A stretch of 64,000 nt of DNA from an uncultured Planctomycetaceae bacterium (GTDB lineage Bacteria; Planctomycetota; Phycisphaerae; SM23-33): the NCBI GenBank assembly GCA_964428895.1, contig CAYRZU010000007.1, positions 688-64,687 on the forward strand, written 5' to 3'. A program made the position numbers and the translations under genes. Below the pieces are notes generated by a model that saw only the letters and a list, made by a program, of their open reading frames with translations, did no database searches and was not told the DNA's origin. Below, in pieces: positions 7,606 to 16,606 of the stretch (its first letter is position 1; each line of letters begins with the position of its first letter).

Positions 7606-10179
7606 ATGAAGTTCGCGTTTCTCATCCATCCCCTCAACGCCTACACCAAGCTATTGCTGCATCTGGGGGCGGGGGGCTTCTTCGCCAAGGATCGTCAGGA
7701 ACTCGACCTGTTCGACTTCTACGCCGACCTGCACAATACCGTCCAAACGCAAGGCCGCACCGTTCAGGACGCCGCCAGCGATGACGTACGCGTGGTCGAT
7801 GAGATGGCCGAACTGGTCAGCCACAACGGCTGCCGCGCCGCCGGTCGCATCTATGAAGTCCCCATGCAGGCCACCGAGATCATCGACAACCCCCAGCAAG
7901 CCGTCGGCTACATGGAAAAGGCCGTCGACCAGGCCGCCGACTGGGGCGCCGAACTGGTGGGACTGGGCTCGATGACGGGCGTGGTCGGCAGCCAGGGCGT
8001 GTACCTGGCCAACCGCGGCACCACCGCCATCACCACCGGGAACTGCCTGACCGCCTACGCCACGCTCGAGAATCTCCGCAGCCTTAGCGAGGACGCCGGC
8101 ATCGATCTGGCCGACGAGATCGTTACCGTGGTGGGCTGCCCGGGCAGCATCGCCATGGCGCTGGCCCACGCGCTGGTCGGAAAGTGTCGCGAGCTTCACC
8201 TGGTGGCCCGGCGGTTGTCGGCCCGGTCGCAGAGCCTGGCCGAACAACTCGGCGCCAAACTCCTGCTGGATATCCCCGAGGCCCTGTCGCAATCCCGCGT
8301 GGTCCTGTCGGCCACGTCCTCGGGCGACTGCATCGACCAGGCGTGGCTGCAGCCGGGCAGCGTGGTGCTCGACGTGGCGATCCCCTCCGACGTGGTCTGG
8401 CAGCCCGAGCCGCGCCCGGACGTGCTGGTGATCTCGGCGGGCCTGGCCACCGTGCCGCAGCAGATGATCGGCGATTCCATGCTGCTGGGGTTCTACGGCG
8501 GGCTCGTGCCCTCTTGCCTGGGCGAGACCATCATCCTGGCCCTGGAGAACCGCCCGGAGAACTACTCCGTCGGCCGCGACCTGGACCCCAAGCACATCCA
8601 GGAGATCGGCCAGCTCGCCCACAAGCACGGATTCGACTTCACGCGGCTGACCAGTTTCGGTCTGCCCATCGCCGAGAACGAGTTCACGCGGTTCCGCAAA
8701 ATCGTCACCCAACACGGCGCCCGCCCCCAACGCAAGATCCCCGCTGGAACCGACGGCGCCCCTCCTGCCAACGTCTTGCCCGACATCCCCTCCCTGGCCC
8801 AGCGCGCCCGCCAACGCTACCAGCGCTACGTCAACCCGGTCTGGGCCGCCCTGGGCGGTGAGTCCGGGCTGGTCAAGACATTCGTCCGCGCCGAAGGCGC
8901 GTTCCTCTACGACGCCGCCGACCGACGCTTCCTCGACTTCGTCGCCGGCTACGGCTCGATGAATCTCGGCCACAACCATCCGGCTGTTGTCGAAGCCGTC
9001 AGCTCGGCGCTTACCCAAAAAGCGCCCGGCTTCGCCCAGACGGCCGTCAACCCCCTGACGGCTGCCCTGGCTGAGAAGCTCATCTCCATCACACCCGGCA
9101 GCCTCGAACTGGCGTTCTTCACCAACAGCGGGGCCGAATCCGTCGAAGCCGCTCTCAAGCTCGCCCGCGCCGCGACTGGCCGAACGGGCCTGCTCAGTTG
9201 TGAAGGCGGCTACCACGGCAAGACGTTCGGCGCCCTGTCCGTTACCGCCAGCCCGCATTACCAAAGGCCGTTCTCGCCGCTGCTGGCCGATACCGCGGTC
9301 GTGCCCTTTGGCGACCTGGAAACGCTCGAGCGCGCCCTGAGCACACGGCGATTCGCCGCCTTTATCGTTGAGCCCATCCAGGGCGAAGGCGGTATGAACG
9401 TCCCGCCGGCCGGATACCTGGCCGAAGCACGAAAGCTCTGCCACGACGTCGGCACGTTGCTGATCGTCGATGAAGTCCAAACCGGCCTCGGGCGAACCGG
9501 CGAGCTGTTCGCCGTCAACCACGACGGGGTCGAGCCCGACATCATGACGCTGGCCAAGAGCCTCGGCGGCGGCCTCGTCCCGCTCGGCGCCATGCTCGCC
9601 CGCCGCGACCTATGGACCAAAGCCTACGGCACGCTCGACAGCTTCGCCCTGCACACCTCCACCTTCAGCGGGGGCAGTCTGGCCTGCGCGGCCGGCCTGG
9701 CCACACTGGACGTCCTCTGCAACGACGGGCTCGCCGACAGCGCCCGCCAGCACGGCCGGCAGCTCATGGCCACCCTCACCGAACTGTGTCGGCAATCCAC
9801 CATCCTCCAGGCCGTCCGCGGACGGGGCCTCATGATTGGTCTGGAGTTCCAGCCTATCTCCAAGGCGATCGCCCATCAGTTCGAACGCATGGCCCTGGCT
9901 GCCAACGCCGAGTTTATGGTCCGAGGCCTCGACGACCTGATCCAGACGATCCCCGTTACCTACGTGATGGCCACGCTGCTCCACGAGCACGGCATCTACA
10001 CCCAATTCACGCGATCCAACCCCAACGTGCTCCGCGTTCAGCCGCCGCTGATTGTCACCGAACGCCAGGCCGATCACTTCTGCGAGGCCGTCGAGCAGGC
10101 CTGTTCCGAGTGCTTCTACGTCAGCGGCCTGGCCGAGTCCGTCCTCAGCAAATCCATCGGCGACCACCGCAACCAGTAG
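7606..10179 (+). CDS. Bifunctional fusion: N-terminal NAD(P)-binding dehydrogenase-like domain (shikimate/amino-acid dehydrogenase-like Rossmann) joined to a C-terminal class-III PLP-dependent aminotransferase
   Basis: Start at ATG 7606 (MKFAFLIHPLNAY...), with a GGGAG Shine-Dalgarno 9 nt upstream. The N-terminal half has the Rossmann motif TVVGCPGSIAMALAHAL around residue 190. The C-terminal half (from about residue 420) has class-III aminotransferase motifs: GSMNLGHNHP, the DEVQTGLGRTG box, and the PLP-lysine context MTLAKSLGGG. Total length is 857 aa. Confidence 0.75.
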   Translation: MKFAFLIHPLNAYTKLLLHLGAGGFFAKDRQELDLFDFYADLHNTVQTQGRTVQDAASDDVRVVDEMAELVSHNGCRAAGRIYEVPMQATEIIDNPQQAVGYMEKAVDQAADWGAELVGLGSMTGVVGSQGVYLANRGTTAITTGNCLTAYATLENLRSLSEDAGIDLADEIVTVVGCPGSIAMALAHALVGKCRELHLVARRLSARSQSLAEQLGAKLLLDIPEALSQSRVVLSATSSGDCIDQAWLQPGSVVLDVAIPSDVVWQPEPRPDVLVISAGLATVPQQMIGDSMLLGFYGGLVPSCLGETIILALENRPENYSVGRDLDPKHIQEIGQLAHKHGFDFTRLTSFGLPIAENEFTRFRKIVTQHGARPQRKIPAGTDGAPPANVLPDIPSLAQRARQRYQRYVNPVWAALGGESGLVKTFVRAEGAFLYDAADRRFLDFVAGYGSMNLGHNHPAVVEAVSSALTQKAPGFAQTAVNPLTAALAEKLISITPGSLELAFFTNSGAESVEAALKLARAATGRTGLLSCEGGYHGKTFGALSVTASPHYQRPFSPLLADTAVVPFGDLETLERALSTRRFAAFIVEPIQGEGGMNVPPAGYLAEARKLCHDVGTLLIVDEVQTGLGRTGELFAVNHDGVEPDIMTLAKSLGGGLVPLGAMLARRDLWTKAYGTLDSFALHTSTFSGGSLACAAGLATLDVLCNDGLADSARQHGRQLMATLTELCRQSTILQAVRGRGLMIGLEFQPISKAIAHQFERMALAANAEFMVRGLDDLIQTIPVTYVMATLLHEHGIYTQFTRSNPNVLRVQPPLIVTERQADHFCEAVEQACSECFYVSGLAESVLSKSIGDHRNQ

Positions 10180-10257
10180 TTCCCCGCCTCGCTCCCACCG
10201 TTGAAATCCCCATCCGCGCCCCGTATCATCGCCCTTTCTCTCGCAAAAGGAGCATCG

Positions 10258-11229
10258 ATGCCGTCATTCAAAGTCCTCATCACCGATTACGTCTTTGAGC
10301 ACTTCGACGCCGAAACCGAAGTCCTCTCGGCCGTCGACGCCGAACTCGACATCCACCAGGCCAAGTCCGCCGATGAACTTGTCCCGCATCTGGGCGGCGT
10401 CAACGCCATCCTCAACACCTACCTGCCCGGCATGGACGACGCGATCTTCTCGGCCGCCCCGGACCTGAAGGTCATCGTCCGATACGGCATCGGCGTCGAC
10501 ACCATCGACGTCGCCGCCGCGACCGCCCGCGGCATCATGGTCGCCAACGTGCCCGACTACTGCATCGACGAAGTCTCCGACCACGCCCTGGCCCACTTCC
10601 TGTCGCTGGCCCGGAAGATTCCCTTTTCCGATCGCAAGGTCAAGGGCGGCGAATGGTCATTGGCCTACCTCAAACCCATGAAGGGCATCACCAACATGAC
10701 CTGCGGCGTGATCGGCTTCGGCCGCATCGGCCGGGCCATCGCCGCCCGCCTCAAAGCGTTCGGACCGGACATCATCTTCGCCGACCCGTTCGGCGACGGC
10801 GACGTGGACGGCTGCCGCCGCGTGTCGCTGGATGAACTGTTCGCCGAATCCGACGCAATCTTCGTGCAGTGCCCCTCCAGCGCCGAGACCTACCACCTGA
10901 TCGACCGGGCCGCCATTGAGAAGATGGCTAAGCAGCCCTTCATCATCAACTGCGCCCGCGGCGACGTTATCGATACCGACGCGATCGTCTGGGGCCTCGA
11001 AAACGACAAGATCGCCGGGGTCGGCCTCGACCTGCTCGACGATGAAGACGCCGTCGTCAAAGCAGACCATCCGCTCAAGGGGTTCGACAACGCCATCCTC
11101 ACCCCGCACAGCGCGTGGTATTCGGCCGACGCCCTCGACAAGTTGCAGCGAATGGCGGCCGAGGAAGTCGCCCGCGTGCTCCGTGGCGAAAAGCCCAAAT
11201 CGCTCATCAACCCCGACGTACTCAAGTAG
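10258..11229 (+). CDS. D-isomer-specific 2-hydroxyacid dehydrogenase family (PGDH/hydroxypyruvate reductase-like), NAD-binding
   Basis: Start at ATG 10258 with an AAAGGAG Shine-Dalgarno. It has the GVIGFGRIGRAIAARL Rossmann motif and a catalytic-domain layout typical of D-2-hydroxyacid dehydrogenases. Confidence 0.85.
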   Translation: MPSFKVLITDYVFEHFDAETEVLSAVDAELDIHQAKSADELVPHLGGVNAILNTYLPGMDDAIFSAAPDLKVIVRYGIGVDTIDVAAATARGIMVANVPDYCIDEVSDHALAHFLSLARKIPFSDRKVKGGEWSLAYLKPMKGITNMTCGVIGFGRIGRAIAARLKAFGPDIIFADPFGDGDVDGCRRVSLDELFAESDAIFVQCPSSAETYHLIDRAAIEKMAKQPFIINCARGDVIDTDAIVWGLENDKIAGVGLDLLDDEDAVVKADHPLKGFDNAILTPHSAWYSADALDKLQRMAAEEVARVLRGEKPKSLINPDVLK

Positions 11230-11238
11230 GAGTTCCCC

Positions 11239-12024
11239 ATGAAGCTCGCGAAAATCGACGCTAACGGCCACGTAGCCTACGCCCAGGTCGACGGCGACAC
11301 CTGCCGACTGATCGACGGCTGCATCTTCGGCGAATTCACCGTCACGGATAAGACCGTGGCCCTGGCCGACGTTAAGCTCCTGGCCCCCGTTCAGCCGCGC
11401 CAGCTCGTGGCGATCGGCCTGAACTATCGGGCCCACGCCGAAGAATCCGGCATGGCCATTCCCGAACGCCCGCTGATCTTCATCAAGACGCCCAACTGCG
11501 TGGTCGGGCCGGGCGAGCCCATCCTGCTGCCTAAGATGGCGCCCGACGAGGTCGACTACGAGTGCGAACTCGTGATCGTCATCGGCAAAGAGGCCAAGAG
11601 CGTCTCCGTGGCCGACGCCCCGGGCTACGTCCTGGGCTACACCTGCGGCAACGACGTCAGCGCCCGCGACTGCCAGCTCAAGCAGGACAAGCAATGGGCT
11701 CGCGGCAAGAGCTTCGACACCTTCGCCCCGCTCGGCCCGTGGATCGAAACCGAGCTCGACGCCGACAACGTCGGCATCAAGCTATCCGTCAACGGCCAAG
11801 AGCGCCAGAACTCCACCACCTCCGACCTGATCTTCCCCTGCATGGAACTGGTCAGCTACGTCTCCCAGTGCATGACGCTGTACCCGGGCAGCATCATCAT
11901 GACCGGCACGCCGTCGGGCATCGCCTTTGCGATGGACCCGCCGCCGTTCCTGCGCGACGGCGACACCGTTACCGTCGACATCGACGGCATCGGGGCGCTG
12001 ACCAACCCCGTGAAAAAGGAGTAG
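11239..12024 (+). CDS. Fumarylacetoacetate hydrolase (FAH) family protein (2-keto-4-pentenoate hydratase/oxaloacetate decarboxylase-like)
   Basis: 261 aa with an AGGAG Shine-Dalgarno 7 nt upstream. The FAH-fold signature segments are present (…GLNYRAHAEE…, …ECELVIVIGK…, …IMTGTPSG…). Confidence 0.8.
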   Translation: MKLAKIDANGHVAYAQVDGDTCRLIDGCIFGEFTVTDKTVALADVKLLAPVQPRQLVAIGLNYRAHAEESGMAIPERPLIFIKTPNCVVGPGEPILLPKMAPDEVDYECELVIVIGKEAKSVSVADAPGYVLGYTCGNDVSARDCQLKQDKQWARGKSFDTFAPLGPWIETELDADNVGIKLSVNGQERQNSTTSDLIFPCMELVSYVSQCMTLYPGSIIMTGTPSGIAFAMDPPPFLRDGDTVTVDIDGIGALTNPVKKE

Positions 12025-12028
12025 CAAC

Positions 12029-13501
12029 ATGGATATCCGAAACCAACTCTTCATCGGCGGCGCCTGGTGCGATTCATCCGATGGCAAGACGTTCGAGGTG
12101 ACCAACCCCGCCACGAATGCATCCATCACGGCCGTCCAGTCGGCCTCCGAAGCCGACTTGAACCGCGCGATCGATAACTCCAAGCAGACCTTTGACGCGG
12201 TCTGGAGTAAGACCACCCCGTTCGAGCGGAGCGCGTTCCTGCACAAGCTGGCCGAGGCCGTCGAGAACAATGCCGACTTCCTGGCGGCTGTCGAAACCGA
12301 CGACGTCGGTAAGCCCATCTTCGAAAGCGCCAACATCGACGTCGCCAGCGCCGGCGCCACGCTCCACTACTTCGCCGACATCTGCGTGGAGGTCCTCGGC
12401 GGCGTCAAGGCCAGCCCCTACAACGAGGTCTTCGACTACACCCTCCGCGAGCCGCTGGGCGTGGTCGGGGCTATCACCCCGTGGAACTTCCCGTTCCTGA
12501 TCGCCGCCCGCAAGATCGGCTCGGCCCTGGCCGCGGGCAACACCATGGTCCTGAAGCCCGCCTCCTGGGCGCCGCTGAGCACGATCCTATTCGGCGAACT
12601 CGCCAACGAGGCCGGCCTGCCCGCCGGCGTGCTGAACATCGTCCCCGGCGCCGGGGCGACGGTCGGCAAGGTCTTCACCGAAAACCCCGACCTCGAAGAG
12701 ATATCCTTCACCGGCTCGACGGAAGTCGGCATGGGCCTGTACGGCCAGTGCAACACCGGGCTGAAGGGTTGCACGCTGGAACTGGGCGGCAAAGGCGCCG
12801 GGCTGGTCATGCCCGACTGCGCCATGGACGAAACAGTCGCCGGCACGCTGTTCGGCGTGTTCCTCAACCAGGGCGAATGCTGCTGCGCCCTGACGCGGCT
12901 GATTGTGCATGAAGACGTCTACGACGAGTTCGTCGACAAGTTCGTCGCCGGCGCCCAGGCCATCCCCGTCGGCGTGCCGACGGCTGAGGACACCCGCCTC
13001 GGGCCGTTGGTCCACCCCGACCATCTCCAGACCGTGCTCGATTACGTCGAAGCCGGCAAGGCCGAAGGCGCCACGCTCGCTTGCGGCGGCGAGCGTCTGA
13101 CCGACGGCGAGATGGCCAAAGGCAACTACATGGCCCCGACTGTCTTCACCGACGTAAGCCCCCAGATGCGAATCTGGAAGGAAGAAATCTTCGGCCCGGT
13201 GGTGACGGTGACGAAGGCCTCCAGCGTCGACGAGATGGTGGCGTTGTGCAACGACACCGAGTACGGCCTCGCCTCGAGCGTCTGGACCAACGACCTGCGG
13301 CTGGCCCACACCATCGTCCCGCGGATGAAGACGGGCACGGTGTGGTTCAACCTGCACAACTTCGTGTTCCCCAGCGCCCCGTACCCCACCTGCGGATCGT
13401 CCGGCGTGGGCTTCGAGCTGGGCAAAGAAGGCGTCCTGGCGCTGACCCGCATCAAGAACGTCATGGTCAGCCTGTTTCCCGACGGCTTCGCTTGGTACTA
13501 G
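12029..13501 (+). CDS. NAD(P)+-dependent aldehyde dehydrogenase
   Basis: 490 aa with an AAGGAG Shine-Dalgarno. The ALDH glutamate box is ELGGKGAGLVMPD and the catalytic Cys region is NQGECCCALTRLIV. Confidence 0.9.
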   Translation: MDIRNQLFIGGAWCDSSDGKTFEVTNPATNASITAVQSASEADLNRAIDNSKQTFDAVWSKTTPFERSAFLHKLAEAVENNADFLAAVETDDVGKPIFESANIDVASAGATLHYFADICVEVLGGVKASPYNEVFDYTLREPLGVVGAITPWNFPFLIAARKIGSALAAGNTMVLKPASWAPLSTILFGELANEAGLPAGVLNIVPGAGATVGKVFTENPDLEEISFTGSTEVGMGLYGQCNTGLKGCTLELGGKGAGLVMPDCAMDETVAGTLFGVFLNQGECCCALTRLIVHEDVYDEFVDKFVAGAQAIPVGVPTAEDTRLGPLVHPDHLQTVLDYVEAGKAEGATLACGGERLTDGEMAKGNYMAPTVFTDVSPQMRIWKEEIFGPVVTVTKASSVDEMVALCNDTEYGLASSVWTNDLRLAHTIVPRMKTGTVWFNLHNFVFPSAPYPTCGSSGVGFELGKEGVLALTRIKNVMVSLFPDGFAWY

Positions 13502-13596
13502 GTCGCGCCGCTTGCATTGACCTGGCCGCGCCCCGTATGATCAGCGTCTCGCCGGTGTAGACACATGTGCCTTGGGGTCGAGGCGGAGGTCGATCA

Positions 13597-15162
13597 GTGA
13601 TTTCGCGCGTTCATAGCAGCATTCTGCAGGGCATTGACGCGGTCGCCTGTGAGGTCGAAGCCGACGTCGCTATCGGCGGCATGGGAGAGATCAAGTTGGT
13701 CGGCCTGGCCGAAGCGGCCGTCAAGGAATCGGTCAGCCGCATCCAGGCGGCGCTTCGCAATAGCGGTTACCGCTGGCCCGGGCCCAAGGTGACCATCAAC
13801 CTCGCGCCGGCCGACGTGAAGAAGGACTCCGCCGCGTTCGACCTGCCCATCGCCATCGCCGTCTGCGTGGCCGGCGGGCTGTTCGCCTCCGAAAAGCTCA
13901 CCGACTACGTGCTGATCGGCGAACTCGCCCTCGACGCCCGCGTCCGCCCGGCCAAGGGAGTATTGGCGACGGCCATGATGGCCGCCGCTGAAGGGCGCCG
14001 GGGTGTGATCGTGCCCACCGAGAACGCCGCCGAGGCGGCCGTGGTCGACGGGCTCGACGTGATCGCCGTCAGCCATCTCGCCCAGGCCGTCGGCTTCCTG
14101 ACCGATGAATTGCTGATCGAACCGGTCGACCTCGACCTGGACGACATCTTCGCCATCGCCAGCCAATACGACGAGGACTTCGCCGACGTTCGCGGCCAGG
14201 AATCGGCCAAGCGGGCGCTGATGGTGGCCGCCGCCGGCCATCACAACATTCTCATGATCGGCCCTCCGGGGTCCGGCAAGACCATGCTGGCCAAGCGAAT
14301 CCCCACCGTCCTGCCGCCGCTCTCGTTGGATGAATCGCTGGAGACCACCCGCATCTACTCCTCGCGCGGCCTGCTTACGCCCGGCGAATCGCTGATGGCC
14401 ACACGGCCCGTCCGAACCCCCCACCACTCCAGCTCGTCAGCCGCCCTGATCGGCGGCGGGGCCATCCCCCAGCCGGGCGAGGTCTCGCTCGCCCATCACG
14501 GCGTATTGTTCCTCGATGAGTTCCCCGAGTTCGCACGGCCGACGCTGGAGATGATCCGTCAGCCGTTGGAGGATCGGTGCGTCACCATCCCCCGCGTGCA
14601 CAGCACGCTGAAGTTCCCGGCCTCGATCATGCTCGTCGCGGCCATGAACCCCTGCCCGTGCGGTTACTTCACCGACCCCAAACGCCCCTGCAAATGCACC
14701 CCCAACGCCATCGAGCGTTACCTGGGAAGAGTCTCCGGCCCACTCATCGACCGCATCGACATCCACGTAGAAGTCCCCCCCGTCCCCTGGCGGGAACTCC
14801 GCGGAGAACCCAACGGCCTATCCAGCCAACAAATCCGCACCCAAGTTAGCGCCGCCCGCCAAATCCAACGCGACCGCTTCGCCAACGGCTCCCCCACTCC
14901 GCATTCCGAGCTCCGCACTCCGCACTCAACCACCACCAACGCGACCATGTCGTCGAAAGAGCTACGGACCCACTGCCCCCTGGACGACGCATGCGAAGCA
15001 TTACTAAAGCAGGCCATGCTAGAACTAGGCCTATCCGCCCGCGCTCACGACAAAGTCCTAAGAATCGCCAGAACCATCGCCGACCTAGAAGCCACAGAAG
15101 CCATCCACCCCCACCACCTCGCCGAAGCCATCCAATACCGGCGGCTGGATAGAAAGCTGTAA
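13597..15162 (+). CDS. YifB/ComM family Mg-chelatase-like AAA+ ATPase
   Basis: GTG start at 13597 with a GGAGG Shine-Dalgarno 7 nt upstream (VISRVHSSILQGIDAV...). Walker A is GPPGSGKT. A C-terminal Mg-chelatase ChlI-like domain is present. Confidence 0.85.
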   Translation: MISRVHSSILQGIDAVACEVEADVAIGGMGEIKLVGLAEAAVKESVSRIQAALRNSGYRWPGPKVTINLAPADVKKDSAAFDLPIAIAVCVAGGLFASEKLTDYVLIGELALDARVRPAKGVLATAMMAAAEGRRGVIVPTENAAEAAVVDGLDVIAVSHLAQAVGFLTDELLIEPVDLDLDDIFAIASQYDEDFADVRGQESAKRALMVAAAGHHNILMIGPPGSGKTMLAKRIPTVLPPLSLDESLETTRIYSSRGLLTPGESLMATRPVRTPHHSSSSAALIGGGAIPQPGEVSLAHHGVLFLDEFPEFARPTLEMIRQPLEDRCVTIPRVHSTLKFPASIMLVAAMNPCPCGYFTDPKRPCKCTPNAIERYLGRVSGPLIDRIDIHVEVPPVPWRELRGEPNGLSSQQIRTQVSAARQIQRDRFANGSPTPHSELRTPHSTTTNATMSSKELRTHCPLDDACEALLKQAMLELGLSARAHDKVLRIARTIADLEATEAIHPHHLAEAIQYRRLDRKL

Positions 15163-15193
15163 GGAGTGTGGCCCAGTTCTTGCGAGAAGCCGA

Positions 15194-15619
15194 ATGCAGA
15201 AGAATAGAAAGAAGCTGGTACTAGCACTGATCCTGGTGGCGTTAGGTGCGCTAGCTGTCGCGGCAGGCCTCTTCGTCTACTGCATCGCCAACATTGAATG
15301 GGGGACCGATATCGACGAAACGGATTTCGACACCGACGCCGAACGGATCGCGTTCATCCAGGAGGTCTTGACGCTCCCGATTCCCCCGAACGTAACTGAC
15401 ATCCGACTGCGCTACGTTGCATGGATGGACTGGTACTTGGAGGCAAGCTTCACACTGCCTCCCGATTCGATAGAGCCCTTCCGTGCCGAATTGGCGAAGT
15501 GCAAAGCGGAAGGGCCAAACCGCTGGTCCGTCGAGCATGTCGACAAGCCCACGCATTGGGAAGCCTACGAACTGGACCCCACGACCGGAATCGTTACAGC
15601 CGAATACGTTGTACCGTGA
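15194..15619 (+). CDS. Hypothetical protein with N-terminal membrane anchor
   Basis: 141 aa with an N-terminal hydrophobic helix (LVLALILVALGALAVAAGLFVY). No motif recognised. Confidence 0.5.
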   Translation: MQKNRKKLVLALILVALGALAVAAGLFVYCIANIEWGTDIDETDFDTDAERIAFIQEVLTLPIPPNVTDIRLRYVAWMDWYLEASFTLPPDSIEPFRAELAKCKAEGPNRWSVEHVDKPTHWEAYELDPTTGIVTAEYVVP

Positions 15620-15743
15620 GGTCAGACCAACACTCAAGGTAGCGACGGCTCCTTGCCCTGGGCTGACGAATATGAGCCCTTTGGGCTCGTTCCCACCTGT
15701 GTTAATCTGCCCTCATCTCTGTTGCGGCGAAAGGTGGTTGGGT

Positions 15744-16124
15744 ATGTTGATGTCCATGTCTACGACCATGCCTGACGGCTCGGGGAGCTTGAGTTTGTTG
15801 TATGGGATGGTGGCCCTAGTAGCCGGGGGGCTGACGATTCTGATCTCCTGGTTCATCGTGCGGAAGGTGGCGATTGTTTTGGCTATTCTGACGCCGGTGG
15901 CGGGGGCGATCGTCGCGGGGGTCGCCGCTGAGCAACTGGCGGCGCAATACCCCGACGGCAATGCGCTGATCATCGCGATCGTCATCGGCATTGCGGTCGG
16001 CATGACGGCGGTTCCGCTGATGGTGCTGGTGCAGGTGGATCGGCTGATGCGGGAGGTCCGGCAGCTTAAGAGCAAGCAATACGCCGCTGCCAAGATGATG
16101 GGGCCTAAGCTCAAGAAGAAGTAG
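15744..16124 (+). CDS. Hypothetical small integral membrane protein
   Basis: Start at ATG 15744 with an AGGTGG Shine-Dalgarno 7 nt upstream. It has 3 predicted transmembrane helices and a Lys-rich C-terminus (KMMGPKLKKK). The longer track ORF upstream (15483..) overlaps the previous gene. Confidence 0.5.
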   Translation: MLMSMSTTMPDGSGSLSLLYGMVALVAGGLTILISWFIVRKVAIVLAILTPVAGAIVAGVAAEQLAAQYPDGNALIIAIVIGIAVGMTAVPLMVLVQVDRLMREVRQLKSKQYAAAKMMGPKLKKK

Positions 16125-16203
16125 GCCGGCCGGAGCGGTTGCGGCTGTTCCGCTGCGATTGGCGGGTTGACTTCGATTGACGCTAGGCCGACATTAGGGG
16201 GTA

Positions 16204-16500
16204 GTGGGACATGTCTTGGGATGGGATTGGCCTATGAAGAAGGACCCCGCCAGGTTCGCGCCGCATCACGCGTTGGTTGGCATGATTCTGGTGTTGTTGG
16301 GGGTGCTGTTTTCGACGATGACGATTCCGTTCGCCTGGGCTGTGGGTGTTGTGTTCGCGCTGATCGCGGCGCTGATGTGCTTACGGGTGCTGCTGATGCG
16401 GCGGGCGCCGGTTGTGGCCAAGGTGATCGCGGTGATCGTCATCCTGCCGGCGGTGGCGCTGATGGGCTTTGTGGCGGCCACCCAGTTGGGATTGCTCTAG
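16204..16500 (+). CDS. Hypothetical small integral membrane protein
   Basis: About 90 aa with 2-3 hydrophobic helices. The start is uncertain (GTG 16204 or ATG 16234). Confidence 0.4.
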   Translation: MGHVLGWDWPMKKDPARFAPHHALVGMILVLLGVLFSTMTIPFAWAVGVVFALIAALMCLRVLLMRRAPVVAKVIAVIVILPAVALMGFVAATQLGLL

Positions 16501-16606
16501 CGAATCGCCTGCGGCAAAGTGGAGGCGATGGCTTTACATCCACCCGGAAGTCGGTATAGAAAGGGCCTCGCTTCTCACTATTTGTGGGACCAAAAGGAAT
16601 CTCGCC

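Noticed and set aside
7651-9522. 623-aa antisense ORF spanning the dehydrogenase-aminotransferase fusion gene
   Set aside because: It lies entirely antisense to a gene with clear class-III aminotransferase motifs. Its product is Gly/Ala/Asp/Arg-rich low-complexity sequence typical of stop-poor shadow frames in GC-rich DNA.
10657-11694. 345-aa antisense ORF across the 2-hydroxyacid dehydrogenase/FAH genes
   Set aside because: Same reasoning: a shadow frame opposite two well-supported genes, with no ribosome-binding site and a low-complexity product.
15483-15743. 5' extension of the track ORF 15483..16124, overlapping the preceding gene 15194..15619 in another frame
   Set aside because: An internal ATG at 15744 with an AGGTGG Shine-Dalgarno gives a compact three-transmembrane-helix protein without gene overlap. 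The extension encodes Pro/Arg-rich sequence and was treated as non-coding.
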